In this document: piece by piece, positions 61,541-64,000 of the stretch
Layout of the letters: each line of letters starts with the position of its first letter
Numbering within the stretch: position 1 is the stretch's first letter
Assembly (NCBI RefSeq): GCF_009914755.1
Contig: NC_060930.1
Reading direction: 5' to 3' (one strand)
Origin: the human T2T-CHM13v2.0 reference genome, Homo sapiens
Length of the DNA stretch: 64,000 nt
Notes under the pieces: generated by a model
What the model was told of the DNA's origin: nothing
The model's database searches: none
What the model saw: only the letters and a program-made list of their open reading frames with translations
Made by a program: the position numbers and the translations under genes

Positions 61541-64000
61541 AGAACATGCTCTGTATATGAAGGGGATTTTGTAGAAAATTCTTAATAAATGAAGCCCCCG
61601 TAATTTACTATCACATAACCACAGACTGAATCCCTTCTAAGAGAAATGGAAAATTAAGTACATATGACAGTGACTGCAACCTTCCTGTGGACAAATAAAA
61701 ACATACAGGGAAATAAAGACAGATTAGATAAGTGCTAACCAGAAATGTCTGTCCGGAGTAATAGCTTACATTCCACAGTTCTCAGGATTACTGCAAGTAC
61801 CTTGCTGCCTGGCCTGAAGCTATGTATATTAAGTGCAAAATAAGTGAAGGTTTGTTGTTCCGTAGTTGTGATCCCTGGGGCAGCCAAACCAGATAATCAG
61901 GTTAACAACGACAATCTTATAGGGCCTGATTCATAAGTCTTTCAGTAAACATTTTAAGGTTTGTGCTAAATTTACAGTGCATAGAGCAACGTAGTATTTT
62001 AGAGATAATTCCTGTCTCTGGGATTTTACCATCTAATAATTATCTGGTTTTACTACCTAAGTGGCTCGAATTAAACAAATAACTGCCAAACATGCACTTC
62101 ATTTTGCTTTGTAGAGTTACTATCTTAAAAAGAAATTATCCTGCAGGAATACTTGGGATGAAATAGTCTTAAACTTTCTGGGAGAAGAAAACACTGGCCA
62201 TATTTTAGAGAGGTCAACGATAGCTCTTTCTCTTTCTCTTAATAGTGGTTAAAGTCATGAGTTCTGGAGCCAGATCGCCTTAGTTCTAATCCCAGCTCAC
62301 CACTTTCTAGCTGTGTGGCATTAGATAAATTACTTAGCCTCTCTGTGTCATTTGAAATTGAGTATAAAAATAATACCCACCTTGTAGAGCTATTGGGAGA
62401 GTTGAATATGACAATCTTGTGTTGTCACAGTAAGTCTCAATTAATGTTACTTCATTACTTTTGTGTCTCTCCTCTACTTACAATAACAAAATCCTTTCCT
62501 GAAGTAAAGTTGTTCATTATTAACTAGAGAGAAAGAAAACTTTATAAAAAAGGAAAGTGGATTTCTTCAGCTATTGGTTGATTTAATAGTCAGGGCATAA
62601 GTCATGTGTTCGGTCGGAGAAGTTAGCTTTTTTGCTGGTGAAGGTGCCTACAAGGTAATAAAAATCATGTATTTACATCATTTGGCAAGGTGTTCAACAC
62701 CAGTAAGGCCCAGTGGAGAAGCAGGTTTCTCCATGAATGCCAATCGCAGTTTACGCTGTCAGTCACTTTATCAGTTGCCTTTAGATTTTCTTTCCATAAA
62801 GAGTAAAGCTAACCACGATGAGATCATTGAATAAAAGTGACTTGAGACTTTGTCGCTTTCGTCACTTTCTAGATTATAGCACTCAATGTTAATTTCAGCC
62901 ATTTATACTTTCCAATAATAGACATATGAACATACTTTCTCTTTTTTCTGCAAGCCAGTTCTTATTCAACAACAGGGAAAGGAGGAGCAAAAAAGTCACT
63001 CCAGGCTGAGTAATATCTGGTCCTATCATTGTTCTAAATAAGGAAATATGGGGTGAGCCACTTTAAGGAAGATAACTTTCCTGCCAAGTAGAGGGATTTG
63101 TTTCTGGTTGCATCCTAAAGTCAAATATTAATAGTCTTCAGGATGACCCTTTCCTCTGATCTTCCCTACTGATGAAGATAATAGAAAGCTGATGAAACAG
63201 AAATAGCTGATACCTGTGTCTTCAGACAGTGGTAACGTAGGCATTACTATAAAGACTTTTGACATTTAGACTTAAAGCTTTTGAATAAGATTCATAGTTT
63301 TTGAACAAAAGCTTTATTACTGAGGCTAGTCAGTGGCTATCAGTTAGACCAAGTATTTACAACCTTACATCAAAAAAGGATGGACCAGAAAAATTTAGAA
63401 AAAAAGCGAAGTAGCTTCCAGCTAGTGTACAGTTAATATAAATTGTCAATCCACAAGCCTAGCACCCTTGCCCAAATCCATCTTAATAATAACACTTTTG
63501 TTTAAAATAGCATAAAATAAAATAGTAGCACTAGCACTCATGTCTATTCATCATTCAAGAAAAATTCATGTCCAATTCATTGCAGTCTGCTTTCTTTGTG
63601 TCCCCTGGAAGCTGCTTGCCTCCTTAGATGGGAGTGACTTAAAAGAAAAAGGGGAGGGGGGAATATACGGAGCAAGTCAAAAATCCTTTTGGCAAGAAAA
63701 ATCCACAAACAATGGTGTAAAATGCATTGGAAAATAATGCTGCTGAAGTACTATGACTATGACACTCTGTAAGCTTTCAGGCACAATGAGCCAGCCTGAG
63801 CCTTCGCACTCTCACCCCATTCAAACTCCAATAAAAATGTTTTCAAGAAATGGCTCATACTTATTTATTCCTACATCCAATATAACATAAGGATGTCAAA
63901 ATTTTCCATCCTCAGCTGTGTAATCTGGGCTTTTAATTTCTCCCACCAAAAGTGCATATGGCATACTCCTTCCGAGACCAAACGATTAAAGCAAAGTCTG

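Noticed and set aside
63000-64000. NEDD9 first coding exon (MKYK) and promoter
   Set aside because: No matching exon found; probably just beyond the window edge, so not annotated.

Overview
Human (primate) genomic DNA, Alu-rich, containing most of NEDD9 (HEF1/Cas-L, CAS-family adhesion scaffold) on the minus strand. I mapped coding exons 2-7 by their GT-AG boundaries: 45223-45669, 25517-25618, 24269-24370, 21887-23128, 20138-20227 and 17082-17591. All introns are phase 0. With the 4 codons of the first coding exon, which I did not find and which probably lies just beyond the right edge, they give 834 aa. An alternative terminal exon in intron 2 (32905-32970) gives a 174-aa SH3-containing short form, and the 3'UTR is about 1.9 kb. 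The rest is intron or flank: about 22 Alus, a solo LTR12C-type (ERV9) LTR nested in an Alu, a MaLR LTR, old L1/L2 and MER DNA-transposon fragments. I see no unknown gene or multi-gene system. The most interesting unexplained structures are: (1) a ~147-bp locally templated inverted insertion flanked by a ~35-bp duplication, next to a purine mirror tract; (2) a cryptic GTAAGT donor 81 nt past exon 4, preceded by a UG tract and overlapped by a G-quadruplex motif; (3) a perfect 20-bp non-Alu hairpin in intron 2; (4) inverted-Alu architecture that could circularise exon 5 into a stop-free circle; (5) a CpG-rich LTR12C with an adjacent CTCF motif facing the gene's 3' end. Repeat subfamily calls are by eye and their boundaries are approximate.
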